A DNA stretch of 64,000 nucleotides from contig NC_043008.1 in NCBI RefSeq assembly GCF_006345805.1, positions 51,274,001-51,338,000 on the forward strand. Reading direction: 5' to 3'. The stretch is from Octopus sinensis. Its lineage: Eukaryota. Below the pieces are notes generated by a model, which worked only from the letters and a program-made list of their open reading frames with translations, made no database searches and was not told the origin of the DNA. A program made the position numbers and the translations under genes. The first letter of the stretch is position 1. Every line of letters starts with the position of its first letter. Shown in pieces: positions 38,155 to 51,479 of the stretch.

Positions 38155-38902
38155 TTGTTTTGCTCATTTTACTGTGGCCATGCTGGAGCACCACCTTACA
38201 GAGTTTTAGTCAAAGAAATTGACTCTAGGACTTATTCTTTGTAAGTCTAGTACTTATTCTATCAGTCTGTTTTGCTGAACCACTAAGTTACAGGGACATA
38301 AACACACCGACATTGGCTGTCAAGTGGTGGTGGGACAACAATCACAGACAAAGACACACACACACATAAATATATATACATATACTACAGGCTTCTTTCA
38401 GTCTCCAACTACCAAATCCATTCACAAGGATTTGGCCGGTCAAGGGCTATAGTAGAAAACACTTGCCCAAGGTGCCACGCAGTGGGACTGAACCTGGAAC
38501 CAGGTGTTTAGGAAGCAAACTTCTTACCACTCAGCTGTATATAAACAGAAACATGTACACACGCCAAACTCATGTATGTATATTTTGTTGCTGTGTGTGA
38601 ATGTGTAGAAGTATCTGTGTGCTTGCATGTATGTATATGTACCCATAGATATTCGTGCATATATATGTATGTTTGGAGGTATGTACATTTATGCATCAAT
38701 GTGTATGTTTCTTTTATTTGTTTATTTGTTTCAGTCATTTGAGTGTGGCCATGCTGGAGCCCCGCCTTTACTTGAACAAATCAATCCCAGAACTTATTCT
38801 TTGTAAGCCTTGTATTTATGTATCAGTCTCCTTCACTGAACTGCTAAGTTATGGAGATGTAAACACACCAACATCAGTTGTCAAGCAGTGGTGGGGACAC
38901 GG

Positions 38903-38936
<34 letters not shown>

Positions 38937-39092
38937 GACGGGCTTCTTTCAGTTTCCGTCTACCAAATCCACTTACAAGGCTTTGGTCGGCCCGAGGCTA
39001 TAGTAGAAGTCACTTGCACAAGGTGCCACACAGTGGGACTGAACCCAGAACCAAGTGGTTGGTAAGCAAGCTACTTACCACACAGCCACTCT
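38155..39092 (-). mobile_element. Two co-oriented family B SINEs (~38155-38530, ~38672-39092)
   Basis: Each matches the reverse complement of the consensus. Confidence 0.85.
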
Positions 39093-39099
<7 letters not shown>

Positions 39100-39134
<35 letters not shown>

Positions 39135-40220
39135 AGTGTGTTTATAAGGGTATGTGTTTTCACGTATGCTTGTATATGTGTTTGTGAGTGCATGTCTGTT
39201 TATCTGAATATAAGTGTGTGTGTGCAACTGAATGTGTGTATGTATGTATGTATATGTGTGTGTGTGGTGTGTGTGTGTGTGTGTGTGTGTGTCTGGGAAT
39301 GTGTTTGGGACTCAGTGCATGTGTGTGTTTGTATGTGCATACGACCTTATCTATACGTGTATTTGATTATGTTTGGATTAAAATACGTCTATATGTGAGT
39401 GTGTGTGTATGCGAGTGTGTGTTTATGTGTATGTTTATGTATATTTCAGAACGTGTGTGTATAAATGTGTGTGTGTGTGTGTGTGCATGTTTATGTGTAT
39501 GTTTAGGTATATTTCAGAATGTGTGTGTATAACCAGGCGTGTGTGTGTGTATGTGTGTGTGCTTGTATTTGAGTGTATGTGAGTATGATTATGCCCCTGT
39601 GTATGTGTGCCTGATTATGCCTCTGTGTGTGTGTTTGTTTTTTCTGTTTGAGTGTGTGTGTGTGTGTTCCTAATCAAGAGGAGAGGAGAAATATTTTGGA
39701 AACTGGCTGAATACCAAATTTGAAGAACTGTGTTGATGTATTCCATTCTCTTCAACATTCCCTGATTAAAGACTACCTGAATACCTGAACACTTGAATAC
39801 CTGCTTCACTCACTCACCTGAGTATAACAACAACAACAATAATAATAATAATAATGATAATAATAATGTCAGTGATGATTGTAATTGTGGTGATGGTGGT
39901 GGAGGTTGTGGTGGTGGTGATAATGATGGTGAGAAGTGAAGTATTAGTGCTGATATTGTTGATGTTGGTGGTAGTGGTTGTAGTGGTGTTGGTGGTGGTT
40001 GTGATAGTATTACTAGTGTTAACAGTGGTGGTAGTGTTGGTGGTAGTAGAGGTTGTGAAAGCAACAGTGGTGGTGACTGTGGTGGTTGTAATGTAGTGGC
40101 ACTGGTAGTGGTTGTAGTAGTGGTGGTGGTGGTGGTGAAAATAGCATTGACGAGCTAATTGTGAATTAGAAGTGACCATGAATGTAATGGTGATTGTTGA
40201 TGTTGTTGCTGTTGATGTTT
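39100..40220. repeat. (TA)n/(TG)n followed by (GGT)/(GTA)/(AAT) microsatellite blocks
   Basis: Direct reading. Confidence 0.9.
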
Positions 40221-40290
40221 AACCTAAAGTAAGCCCTGATTGAATAGACAACTGGTAATCAAAGGTTCCACCCATGACAATCTAGTCAAT

Positions 40291-40361
<71 letters not shown>

Positions 40362-40689
40362 TATATATAGTGTACTGTTCCGTGATGGTAAGATCAAGAC
40401 AAAAAGAACTCCATCTGGTGAGAGATAGATAATATTTAATAAACAAAAAATAATGTATTTATGTGCTACTATTAGTTTCATGTGCTGAGGACATACCAAA
40501 CAATGTTTTTAACATGTCTGGTGTCTGAGCACAATCATCAGGCACTGCCCACATGGTGTAATGTACTAAAACTGGGACAAAGGAAAGAATGAAAAAAGGT
40601 GAGAAGGAAGTATATATAAAAAGTGGAAGGTTGAAAAACGTATGTGTGTGTGCATGTGTCTACATATATACACATATATATAGATACAC

Positions 40690-41430
40690 ATATATATATG
40701 GCTGTATGATTGAGACACTCTCTTTGCAGATATCTGGTTTCAGGATCAGTCCCACTGCAAGGAAACTTGGGCAAGTATCTTCTATTAATAGTCTCAGGAT
40801 TGCCAATGCATTATGAGTGAATTTGGTAAACGGAAACACTGTGAAAGCCCATTGTATGTATGTGCATGTGTATTTGTGTATGTGTATGTGTGTGTGTGCC
40901 TGTCATTGAGTTTGTCTCCACTCCACTACTGGACAACTGGTCTTGGTGTATTTGCATCCCCTGTAACTCAGCAGTGTGGCAAAAGAGACCAATAAAATAA
41001 GTATCGGATTTATAAAAGAAAAAAAAACAAATAGGCACAGGAGTGGCTGTATGGTAAGTAGCTTGCTTACCAACCACATGGTTCCAGGTTCAGTCCCACT
41101 GCGTGGCATCTTGGGCAAATGTCTTCTGCTATAGCCCCGGGCCGACCAATGCCTTGAGTGGATTTGGTAGACAGAAACTGAAAGAAGCCTGTCGTATATA
41201 TTTATATATGTGTATGTGCTTCTGTGTCTGTGTTTGTACCCCTAGCATTGCTTGACAACCGATGCTGGTGTGTTTACGTCCCCATCACCTAGCGGTTCGG
41301 CAAAAGAGACCGATAGAATAAGTACTGGGCTTACAATGAATAAGTCCCAGGGTCGATTTGCTTGACTAAAGGCGGTGCTCCCGCATGGCCGCAGTCAAAT
41401 GACTGAAACATGTAAAAGAGTAAAAGAGTA
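40690..41430 (+). mobile_element. Two adjacent family B SINEs (older ~40690-41025, younger ~41032-41430)
   Basis: Two heads and two cores in series. Confidence 0.85.
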
Positions 41431-42011
41431 AATACTGTGATTGATCTGTTTTGCTAACCCCTTTGATGTGGTGCCCCAGCATGGCCACAGTCCAATGACT
41501 GAAACAACTAACAGATATACAAGAATACATCATCCAATGTATCATTCCTTTTTAAGACGGTAGTGTGAGTCGAGGTAGATTTGGCTGCTATTTCTTAGCA
41601 AATCTAGTAACTGCAGAGAGTGGCTATCAATGTTGCTGTTTTTGTTGTTGATGTTGTTATTGTTTAAACGTAAGTTAATCTTACTCAAGCACACTTAGGA
41701 TGAAAGACTTTCCAACCATGATCAACACTTCTTTTTCTCCTATGTGCAGCAAAGCAAGAATCACGTTTGAAAGTGGCTGAGTGTGATTTCAGAGAAAGCT
41801 GCCTGCTATTTCTAGCAAGTTTAACAGCCATTTAGTCACTCTCAGTGGTAGCAGTAGTGGTGGTGATGGAGGTGGTGGTGGACGCTGTGGTGCTGGTGCA
41901 GGAATATATAGGATTTTTCAAGCGTAAAGAATAAACTTGCATTTATGAATTGTATAAGAGAAAATACCTTCACATCCACTTACTCGCATTCTGCACATGC
42001 GTACATGCATC

Positions 42012-42049
<38 letters not shown>

Positions 42050-42050
<1 letters not shown>

Positions 42051-42440
42051 GGCGCAGGATTGGCTGTGTGGTAAGTAGCTTTCTTACCAACCACATGGTT
42101 CCGGGTTCATTCCCACTGCGTGGCACCTTGGGCAAGTGTCTTATACTATAGCCTCGGGCTGACCAAAGCCTTGTGAGTCGATTTGGTAGACGGAAACTGA
42201 AAGAAGCCTGTCATGTATGTATATGTATATATATATATATATGTGTGTGTGTGGTGTGTGTGTGTGTTATGTGTTTGTCCCCCCAACATCGCTTGACAAC
42301 CGTAACTTAGCGGTTCGGCAAAAGAGACCGATAGAATAAGTACTAGGCTTACAAAGAATAAGTCCTGGGGTCTATTTGCTCGACTAAAGGCGGTACTCCA
42401 GCATGGCCACAGTCAAATGACTGAAACAAGTAAAAGAGTT
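42050..42440 (+). mobile_element. SINE family B with an internal deletion
   Basis: GACAACCG joined directly to TAACTTAGCGG. Confidence 0.88.
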
Positions 42441-42864
42441 ATATATATATATATATTTACATATATGTATGTATGTATATGAATATATATGTATACATAT
42501 ATATCCACAGGCAAACACGATTGCCTGCAGATTTATGTGCATAACAGACATATACAAAATATATTGGTTCAAAAATTTCCTCGTTATTCTTTCCTTAGGC
42601 AGATGTGGATGAGTAGCAAGAAGTTTTCTTCCAAACCACAGGGTTGCAGGTTCAGTCCCACCACCACCACTTGACAACCGGCATTGGTGTTTTTATGTCC
42701 CCATAACTTAGTAGTTCAGCAAAGGTGACCGATTGGATAAGTATCAGGCTGGCTTAAAATAAAACAAGTAATTACTGGGATCAATTCATTCAACTAAAAA
42801 TCTTTCAATTCACTGCTCCAGCATGGTCACAGTGTAATGACTTGAACAAGTAAAAGACAAAAGG

Positions 42865-43147
42865 TTATCCTCATCAACTCGCCCGGCCCCCGTGCCGGTG
42901 GCACGTAAAAAGCACCATCCGATCGTGGCTGTTTGCCAGCCTCGTTTGGCACCTGTGCTGGTGGCACGTAAAAAGCACCCACTACACTCTTGGAGTGGTT
43001 GGCGTTAGGAAGGGCATCCAGCCGTAGAAACATTGCCAGATCAGACTGGAGCCTGGTGCAGCCTTCTGGCTTCCCAGACCCCACTTGAAACGTCCAACCC
43101 ATGCTAGCATGGAAAGCTGACGCTAAACGATGATGATGATGATGATG
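42865..43147 (+). mobile_element. SINE-like family D
   Basis: Near-identical to 11620-11907. Confidence 0.88.
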
Positions 43148-43633
43148 AATTTCCATGGCAGTATGGGTCAGACAGTCAGAGCCAGCTCTTATTTAAGACT
43201 ACTGTTGACCTAGATGAGTTCAGCCAGACTAGGTTCATGCAAAACAATATTTCCATCCACCAAGAGGATTATTCATGTATGAAGTGGTATCAAAAAGTTC
43301 CTGGACTAGTTATGTAGCTCTCCAACAGGTGGCAGCACATAGCTGTGTGTGCAGTGAGAGCTGGCAGTGACCATCATGGGGCAGTCTGCCGATAGACATC
43401 ATTGTGTTTATTTTGCAAGTTGCCATACTTAGTTTGTTGTTCAGGAGTGAGGGCCAGATGTGGAGCAAATATATTTTAACTCTTTCCATTGTTGCATCCT
43501 TTTCCGTAAATGACAAAACTAACCAAAACAAACAGAAACTGCACCATGAGGTGCTTGTATATACATGCATACATGTGTATATATATATATATATATAATA
43601 TATATATATATAATATATATAATATATATATAT

Positions 43634-44045
43634 CTTTTACTCTTTTACTTATTTCAGTCATTTGACTGCGGCCATGCTGGAGCACCGCCTTTAGTCAAGC
43701 AAATCGACCTGGGACTTATTCTTTGTAAGCCCAGTACTTATTCTATCGGTCTCTTTCACCGAACCGCTAAGTAACGGGGATGTAAACACACCAGCATCGG
43801 TTGTCAAGCAATGCTAGGGGGACAAACACAGACACACAAACATATACACACACATACATATATATATATATATACATATATACGACAAGCTTCTTTCAGT
43901 TTCCGTCTACCAAATCCACTCACAAGGCTTTGGTCGGCCCGAGGCTATAGCAGAAGACACTTGCCCAAGATGCCACGCAGTGGGACTGAACCCGGAACCA
44001 TGTGGTTGGTAAACAAGCTACTTACCACACAGCCACTCCAGCGCC
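43634..44045 (-). mobile_element. Full-length SINE family B inserted in (TA)n
   Basis: Reverse complement of the consensus; TA runs on both sides. Confidence 0.9.
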
Positions 44046-44109
44046 TTATATATATATATATCAGTATGCACCTACAGACAATATTTTTGATATGAAGTGG
44101 CATATTAAA

Positions 44110-44930
44110 GCATTGTTATTAGTGGTGATGATGATGATGATGGCAAGGGTTGTAACAATGATGGTGATGATGTTAACACTGAAAAAATGATGGTAAGAGG
44201 AGAAGGAAGGAAGGGAAGAAGAAGAAGAAGAAATGGGTGGAAGCAGAGCTTGAAGGCGATAATGAGAATGAGGATATTAATGATGACAGCAGAGCTGTTG
44301 ATGATGGCTAAAGATAGTGTCGATGATGTCAAGGGATAATGATGGTGGGGGTGGTGGTGAGAGGGAGGGGGGCAGCAGTTGTGGTTGTTATAGTTGTGAT
44401 GATGATGATGACTACGATGACATGGTGGTGGCTGTGATGGTGATGATCATGGTTGTGATGGTGATGATAATGATGGTGATGATGATAATGGTTGTGATGG
44501 TGATGATGATGGTAGTGATGGTGATGATAATGATGGTGATGATGATAATGGTTGTGATGGTGGTGATGATGGTAGTGATGATGATTATGATGGTAGTGAT
44601 GGTGATGATGATGATGGTGGTGATGATGATGATGATGGTTTGATGGTGGTGATGATGGTAGTGATGGTGATGATGATGGTGATGATGATGATGGTGATGA
44701 TGATGATGGTGGCTATGATGATGATGATGATGGTGTTGATAATGATGATGATGACGATGATGATGACTACGATGACATGGTGGTGGCTGTGATGATGATG
44801 ATTGTTGTGATGGTGATGATGATGATGATGATGGTTGTGATGGTGATGATGATGTTGGTTGTGATGGTGATGGTAGTGATGGTGGCTATGATGATGATGA
44901 TGGTGGTGGTGTTGATAATGATAATGAAGC
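44110..44930. repeat. (GAT)/(GGT) compound microsatellite
   Basis: Direct reading; GATGACTACGATGACATGGTGGTGGCTGTG is duplicated at ~44405 and ~44762. Confidence 0.95.
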
Positions 44931-45244
44931 CTATGTACTATACTGTTGATAATGTTGGCATCAATCCAGAATATTTCACAGAATAGTTCACAGCAGGTGT
45001 ACTCCCTCACGAAATACCACCACAATTTATGATTTATCTTGTTCTTTGGTGCTAGAGTTACTCAGAGTTCAAATAACATCACAGTTTATGAATTATGTGA
45101 ATGACTACTGGAATATTTGTAGATTAGACGCCAACTGTTTGGGATTTCTTTCGTTCAACACAGGACAAGGCAGGGGGGGGACAGACGTGGTTGTGGAGGG
45201 GAGGAGCTTCGTTCCGAACCATGTGGTTTTGTTGTACGGGCCCC

Positions 45245-45650
45245 ACTCTTTTGCTCTTTTACTTGTTTCAGTCATTTGACTGCGGCCATGCTGGAGCACC
45301 GCCTTTAATCGAGCAACTCGACCCCGGGACTTATTCTTTTGTAAGTCAAGTACTTATTCTATCGGTCTCTTTTGCCGAACCGCTATGTGACGGGGACATA
45401 AACACACCAACATCGGTTGTCAAGCGATGTTGGGGGAGGGGGACAAACACAGACACATATATATACATATATATATATACATATATACGACAGGCTCCTT
45501 TCAGTTTCCGTCTACCAAATCCACTCACAAGGCTTTGGTCAGCCCGAGGCCATAGCAGAAAACACTTGCCCAAGGTGCCACACAGTGGGACTGAACTCGG
45601 AACCATGTGGTTGGTAAACAAGCTACTTACCACACAGCCACTCCTGCGCC
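45245..45650 (-). mobile_element. Full-length SINE family B
   Basis: Reverse complement of the consensus. Confidence 0.9.
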
Positions 45651-45775
45651 TGTGCAGTACTTTTAGTAAAAATCATTTGTTATATTGCCAGGCTGGTCAT
45701 AGCCTTGTGAGTGGAATTGGTAGATGGAAACAAGCAGAAGCTCATCATGTGTGTGTGTGTGTGTGTGTGTGTGTA

Positions 45776-46515
45776 TTGGGTTGGCAACTAAGTTTCCACC
45801 GTTTTTTGAAATTTTGGAATTTATTGCCTTTTTAATTTAGGGAATCTACTTTTTTTGAGAATTCTATTTTTGAATCATTTTGGGATCAATTTTGTTTTTC
45901 TACAGCACGGATTTTTGTCAGTGAACAGGTCGCGGTCTTAAAGCGACAAAATATTTTGACAAATTAAACTTAAATGTTGAAGTGAATCGAACGGCTTTTG
46001 TGTGTTTCTTAAATGGCTTACAAACACCTTCCACGCTGCAATTGTTTTCATTTCAGCACACAATCTCAGATCAAATTACTTGCTATGCAAGTACATCTCT
46101 GTAATAATTTTAGTTAATTTTTGTTTATTTTCAGATCATTAAAATGGAATGTCAACTTAAGGAAAACGAGCATTTTCGACACCTTCTTCTTTTTGCTTTT
46201 AATCAAGGTTCTAAGGCCACAAAAGCTACTTTCAACATTTGTGCTGTGTATGGAGAGGGTGCCATAGCTGAAAGAACTGCTCATGATTGGTATACCAAGT
46301 TCAAAAGTGAAAATTTTGACCTCAAAGATGCACCTCATTATGGCCATCCAGCTGAGTTTGATGAACAGCGATTAAACCAACTTTTGCATGAAAATTCTCA
46401 TCAAACGACAAAGGAACTGGCAAAGAAAATGGAATGCTCCCACCCTGCTGTACAGAAGCATCTTCACTCAATGGGAAAGGTTCAGAAGTATGGAGCATGG
46501 GTTCCTCATGCTTTA
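45776..46515 (+). mobile_element. 5' half of a mariner transposon
   Basis: TA followed by TTGGGTTGGCAACTAAG (mariner-type left TIR), then a transposase N-terminus; no right TIR seen. Confidence 0.88.
46144..46515 (+). pseudogene. Truncated mariner transposase (HTH DNA-binding region up to WVPHAL, 124 codons)
   Basis: MECQLKENEHFRHLLLFAFNQG..ICAVYGEGAIAERTAHDW..FKS.NFDLKD..GAWVPHAL, with the WVPHEL-type motif; the rest of the 164-aa ORF is microsatellite and SINE. Confidence 0.9.
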
Positions 46516-46545
46516 AGTGTATGTATGAATGAATGTACGTATATA

Positions 46546-46941
46546 TACTCTCTTTACTTGTTTCAGTCATGTGACTGCGGCCATGCTGGAGCACCGCCTT
46601 TGGTCGAGCAAATCGACCCCAGGACTTATTCTTTGTAAGCCTAGTACTTATTCTATTGGTCTCTTTTGCCGAACCGCTAAGTGACGGGGACGTAAATACA
46701 CCAGCATTGGTTGTCAAGCGATGTTGGGGGGACAAACACAGACACACAAACATATACACACACATACACATATATATACGACGAGCTTCTTTCAGTTTCC
46801 GTCTACCAAATCCACTCACAAAGCTTTGGTCAGCCCGAGGCTATAGTAGAAAACACTTGCACAAGGTGCCACGCAGTGGGACTGAACCCGGAACCATGTG
46901 GTTGGTAAGCAAGCTACTTACCACACAGCCACTCCTGCGCC
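46546..46941 (-). mobile_element. Full-length SINE family B
   Basis: Reverse complement of the consensus. Confidence 0.9.
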
Positions 46942-47430
46942 TATATGTATGTAATTATTCAGTTTATTTCAAGATTTCTTGCCAATATAGAAAGAACCAG
47001 TTTCTAACCTGGATCCAAGGCTCCTTCATTGTAATTTCGACATTAACAACAGGATATGCATGCATGCATGTGCAGATTTGTATGTTTTATGTATGTATTC
47101 TCAATGCATATACTTGCAGATCCAGACATGCTCATATATATTTAATTGATAAACTTCTGGAAAGTTTTACAGATTTTTACAGTTCCAGTGATGGATTGGA
47201 TCTGTACATTTCAGATTAGCTTTCTCTTTTCTGCATCTGAGAAGCCTAATTTCTCAAGATTGGTACTTATGCAGTGTGTTACATACTCCAGGGCCCCAAT
47301 AATTACAAAATATAAACCTGAACTTGTAGTCTGGATAGAGTAACTGCAGATTTCTCAATAGTTCAGCATAGGTGTTCTCTTTTTCACTGATCTTCAGCTT
47401 TATGTTAACATCTGCTGGGCATGCATGTAA

Positions 47431-47480
<50 letters not shown>

Positions 47481-47538
47481 ATGTATGTGCACTGGCTATC
47501 TCATTGCCTTATCACAATACTTGTAAGCATGTGGGGAG

Positions 47539-47563
<25 letters not shown>

Positions 47564-47569
<6 letters not shown>

Positions 47570-47993
47570 GTTAATCCAAACAAGAAAGCACAAAAAAACA
47601 CAACAACGCGAGGACATGGAACAAATATAGTATTATTGGACGCTCAGGAAAGAAGGAGGGTTTAACGTTTTGAGCGGAGCTCTTCGTCGGAAACATAGGA
47701 GAGGGAAAGATCCAGAGAAGGGAAGACAGAGGAAAAGAAATCGCCAACAGTACACACGAGGTCACATTTTGATATATACATATATGTATACATATATGTA
47801 TCTATAAACATTTGTTGTCATCTAAAAGTCTATAAGTCAGTAACAATTGCACTTATATATTTCTCAGTAGAGTGAGTATATCAATTGAAGTATACTGTTA
47901 TAATATATCCATTACATTCAACCCCTGGTGTGAAACTAATCGGTAAGATCAACCGTGATGGATATGTAATACTGAATACTTTGATTAATATAA

Positions 47994-48026
<33 letters not shown>

Positions 48027-48265
48027 GCTTTCTTCACCCATTTCCTTCCGGTCTTTCAAAATGTGATCTCGTGTGAACTGTTGGCGATTTTTTTCCTCTG
48101 TCTTCCCTTCTCTGGATCTTTCCTTCTCCTATGTTTCCGACGAAGAGCTCCGCTTGAAATGTTAAACCCTCCTTCTTTCCTTCTTTCCTGAGCGTCCAAT
48201 AATACTATATTTGTTCCACGTCCTCGCGTTGTTGTGTTTTTTTTTTTGTGCTTTCTTGTTTGGAT

Positions 48266-48275
<10 letters not shown>
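47564..48275. mobile_element. Inverted pair of Penelope-like fragments (H3) with hammerhead motifs; arms 47564-47772 and 48056-48275
   Basis: Arms are reverse complements and each is bounded by (TA)n; hammerhead-like motifs at 47660-47694 (-) and 48133-48167 (+). Confidence 0.75.
48133..48167 (+). ncRNA. Minimal hammerhead-like motif with variant core CCGACGA
   Basis: GUUU-CCGACGA-a-GAGC(UCC)GCUU-GAAAU-GUU-AAAC; the left arm has GCUC-AAAAC, giving consensus GCUC-GAAACGUU; helix I GUUU/AAAC. Confidence 0.5.
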
Positions 48276-48302
<27 letters not shown>

Positions 48303-48789
48303 TATAAGTATAGTAATTTTTTGTGTGTCCATATAGATATATGACCACTACTGATGTGTTTAGAGCTCGACATAGATTATGATAATCCAGGCCACTTCCA
48401 GTACAATCCTTTTTATCCCTTCTGTATTTAGTGCTTCCACTGCCTATATTATAAAGAGTAAAGGTAGGAGAATTGATGTTATACACAATTTTATATCTTT
48501 TAGTCTTTTCGTTTCTTAATTACAATCCTGTCTTTCTTTTATTAGCTTTCAATCTACTTCCCTCTCAACACATTTAATAAAAGTATCACCATCTGTTCTA
48601 CCTCAGACATATGATCTTTGTAACATGATCCGATAGAGTATTCGCCTGATGATCTGTTGTGGTAAAGCATCCAACTGTGTTGGGGACATCCAGTGCAGAG
48701 GTTCCAGACAACCAAAACGAAACGGTGAAACGTTCATAGGGAACAAATGATATAAACTTATGTTTATTGTAATTGCTCTCACATACATA

Positions 48790-49545
48790 CTTACATACAT
48801 ACATAAATACATATATATATATTATATATATATATATAAATATATACATATATATATATAAATGTATACATATATATATATAAATATATACATATATATA
48901 ATAAATATATACATATATATAAATAAATATATACATATATATATATAAATATATACATCATCATCATCATCATTTAGCGTCCGTTTTCCATGCTAGCATG
49001 GGTTGGACGGTTCTACTGGGGTCTGTGAAGCCAGAAGGCTTCATCAGGCCCAGTCAAATCTGGCAGTGTTTCTACGGCTGGATGCCCTTCCTAATGCCAA
49101 CCACTCCGTGAGTGTAGTGGGTGCTTTTTACGTGCCACCCGCATATACATATATATAAATAAATATATACATATATATAAATATATACATATATATAAAT
49201 ATATATAAATATATACATATATAAAATATATAAATATATACACATATATACATATATATATAAAATATATAAATATATATAATATATATAAATATATATA
49301 AATATATACATTATATATATAAATATATACATATAATATATATAATATATATAAATATATATATATAAATATATACACATATATACATATATATATATAA
49401 ATATATACATATAAATATATACATATATATAATAAATATATACATATAAATATATACATAAATATATACATATATATATATACATACACATATACATACA
49501 TATATATATATATATTTTTATATATTTATATATATATATATATAA
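48790..49545. repeat. Large (TA)-rich satellite with a 5'-truncated family D SINE inserted at ~48958-49141 (-)
   Basis: Direct reading. Confidence 0.92.
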
Positions 49546-49844
49546 AGAAGAAGAACACTAGTGTATTTCAAAGATTCCCAACAGCTGTTTCAGTATCATT
49601 TTTGTATTGATGAATGGTTGAATAGTTCTATTACTACAATCACATCATGCAAACAATACACTCTCCTACATCTGATTAATTATGTGCCTTTCTCTTTCTC
49701 TGAGCATCAAGCTAATGGTTTCTCATTGCAAACTGATCTCCAGTCGAAGGTATTCCTGTTGCAACTCTATTGTTTTATTCAAAATCAAGGAATGATAATA
49801 TTCCTGAAAGTCTACGTCAATTTTATTTACTTATTTATTAACTA

Positions 49845-50241
49845 CTAGCAGTATCGCCCGGCGTTGCTCGGGTTTGTAAGGGAAATAACTATAAAGCATT
49901 TTTAGAGAGCTATAGCCAAAAAATAGCAAAAAAATGCATTAAAAATGGAAAAAAAATTATGGTAAATTTTTTTAAATTGTTGACTCATCGTAGACATTTT
50001 TAGAGAGTTACTTCCCTTATATAATAGCGAAAAAAATGCATTAAAATGGAAAAAAATGATGGTAAATTTTTTTTTTAAATCGTAGACTCGTCGTAGACGC
50101 GCGCTAATACCCAGAAGGGCTCGATATGAATCACGACTATAAGATACCCGGTTTTGGTTAAACTGCACCGCAAAATGTGGAAGTAGTTAGGAATCTAAAT
50201 CGTAGGAAACAGACACACAACTTCACTTTTATATATAAAGA
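49845..50241 (-). mobile_element. Non-autonomous Helitron, second copy
   Basis: Reverse complement of 27688-28085; A|TC and CTAG|T ends preserved. Confidence 0.9.
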
Positions 50242-50817
50242 TTTTCAAAGAAAGGGTGCATGATTTGAGTGAGTTTTGGCTACTATTTCTGACGGGTCAA
50301 TAGGTCATATGGAAGATTCTACACTGGCTCATAGACTGATATATAGTTAATTTATACATGCAGTACTTTTACAAAATACAACAGTACTTTTACAAAATAC
50401 AACAAAATGCAACAAACTGATACAAATATATTAATTAATAAATACGTAATCTGTAAACTAATAACGAGAATACAATGAAATGAAAAGGAGTTGGCAAGGC
50501 ATACTAAGCCACCTTGTCGTATTCATGACACAGATTAAAACTGCATTGTTAAAGCAACGATGCAGAATATATCTAAAATAGATATTATCTTAGAGTGAAC
50601 ATGTATTGATCCAGCATTGTTATTGAGGCTAGTGACGTTTCTGTCAGAGTATGTTTACATTTTACCTGATTCTCACACAACCAGGCTTAATGAGCCTTGC
50701 TGCTACCTGGATTAATCAGCACCAGCGAAAGTTAGGCTAATGAATGGGGTTGTGAAGAAGTAGTTCTCACAAGGGGATTTATATGCTGGCTAAGGTTTGG
50801 GTAAAGTAGGGTATTAA

Positions 50818-51262
50818 CCCTTTTGTTACCAATCCGGCTGAAACCGGCTCTGGCTCTGTAGTACAAATGTCTTGTTTCCATAAGTTTTGAATAAAAATAT
50901 TCCACCAAACCTTAGACACAATTACTGTTCCTAACACTAGCTTAATGATAACTAAGTTATTTTACAAAATTCTTTGTTATATTTAAAGTAATTGAGAGAA
51001 ACACAGAACATCTCAAAATAAATACAGTAACGAAAGGGTTAACCCTTTTGTTACCAACCCGGCTGAAACTGGCTCTGGCTCTGAGTACAAATATCTTGTT
51101 TCCATAAGTTTTGAATTAAAATCTTCCACCAAACCTTAGTCACAATTTATGTTCCTAACACCAGCTGAATGATAACTAAGTTATTTTACTGAATTCTTTG
51201 TTATATTTAAAGTAATTGAAAGAAACAAAGAGCATCTGAAAATAAATACAGTAATGAAAGGG
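50818..51262 (+). mobile_element. Head-to-tail dimer of the piggyBac MITE (50818-51038 and 51043-51262)
   Basis: TTAA at 50814-17, 51039-42 and 51263-66; each unit runs CCCTTTTGTTAC..GTAA(C/T)GAAAGGG. Confidence 0.92.
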
Positions 51263-51479
51263 TTAAGGGTATCCTTTAAAACCTCCATGCTTTCTGCAAT
51301 TCGTCAACTCTACACCTGATGTTTCACCCCCTCCATACACATGCACACCTGTATACCATGACTCTTACACTGATCACTTGCCTGACTTTTGTACATAATT
51401 CTATGCACTGTACATGCACCTTTGGTGAATTGTAGTGCACCTGAGCACTTTACACCACAATTTCATTATCATTATTATT

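Noticed and set aside
43278-43310. Mariner-like TIR TATGAAGTGGTATCAAAAAGTTCCTGGACT
   Set aside because: No matching second TIR or clear ORF found; too fragmentary to annotate.
45191-45835. 214-aa ORF and similar ORFs (10091-10492, 46656-47219, 38655-39065)
   Set aside because: They are reading frames through family B SINE copies; the same peptide recurs wherever the SINE does.
48605-48661. Plus-strand segment with good acceptor and donor motifs
   Set aside because: Stop codons in all three frames; minus-strand frames are open but have no convincing acceptor.
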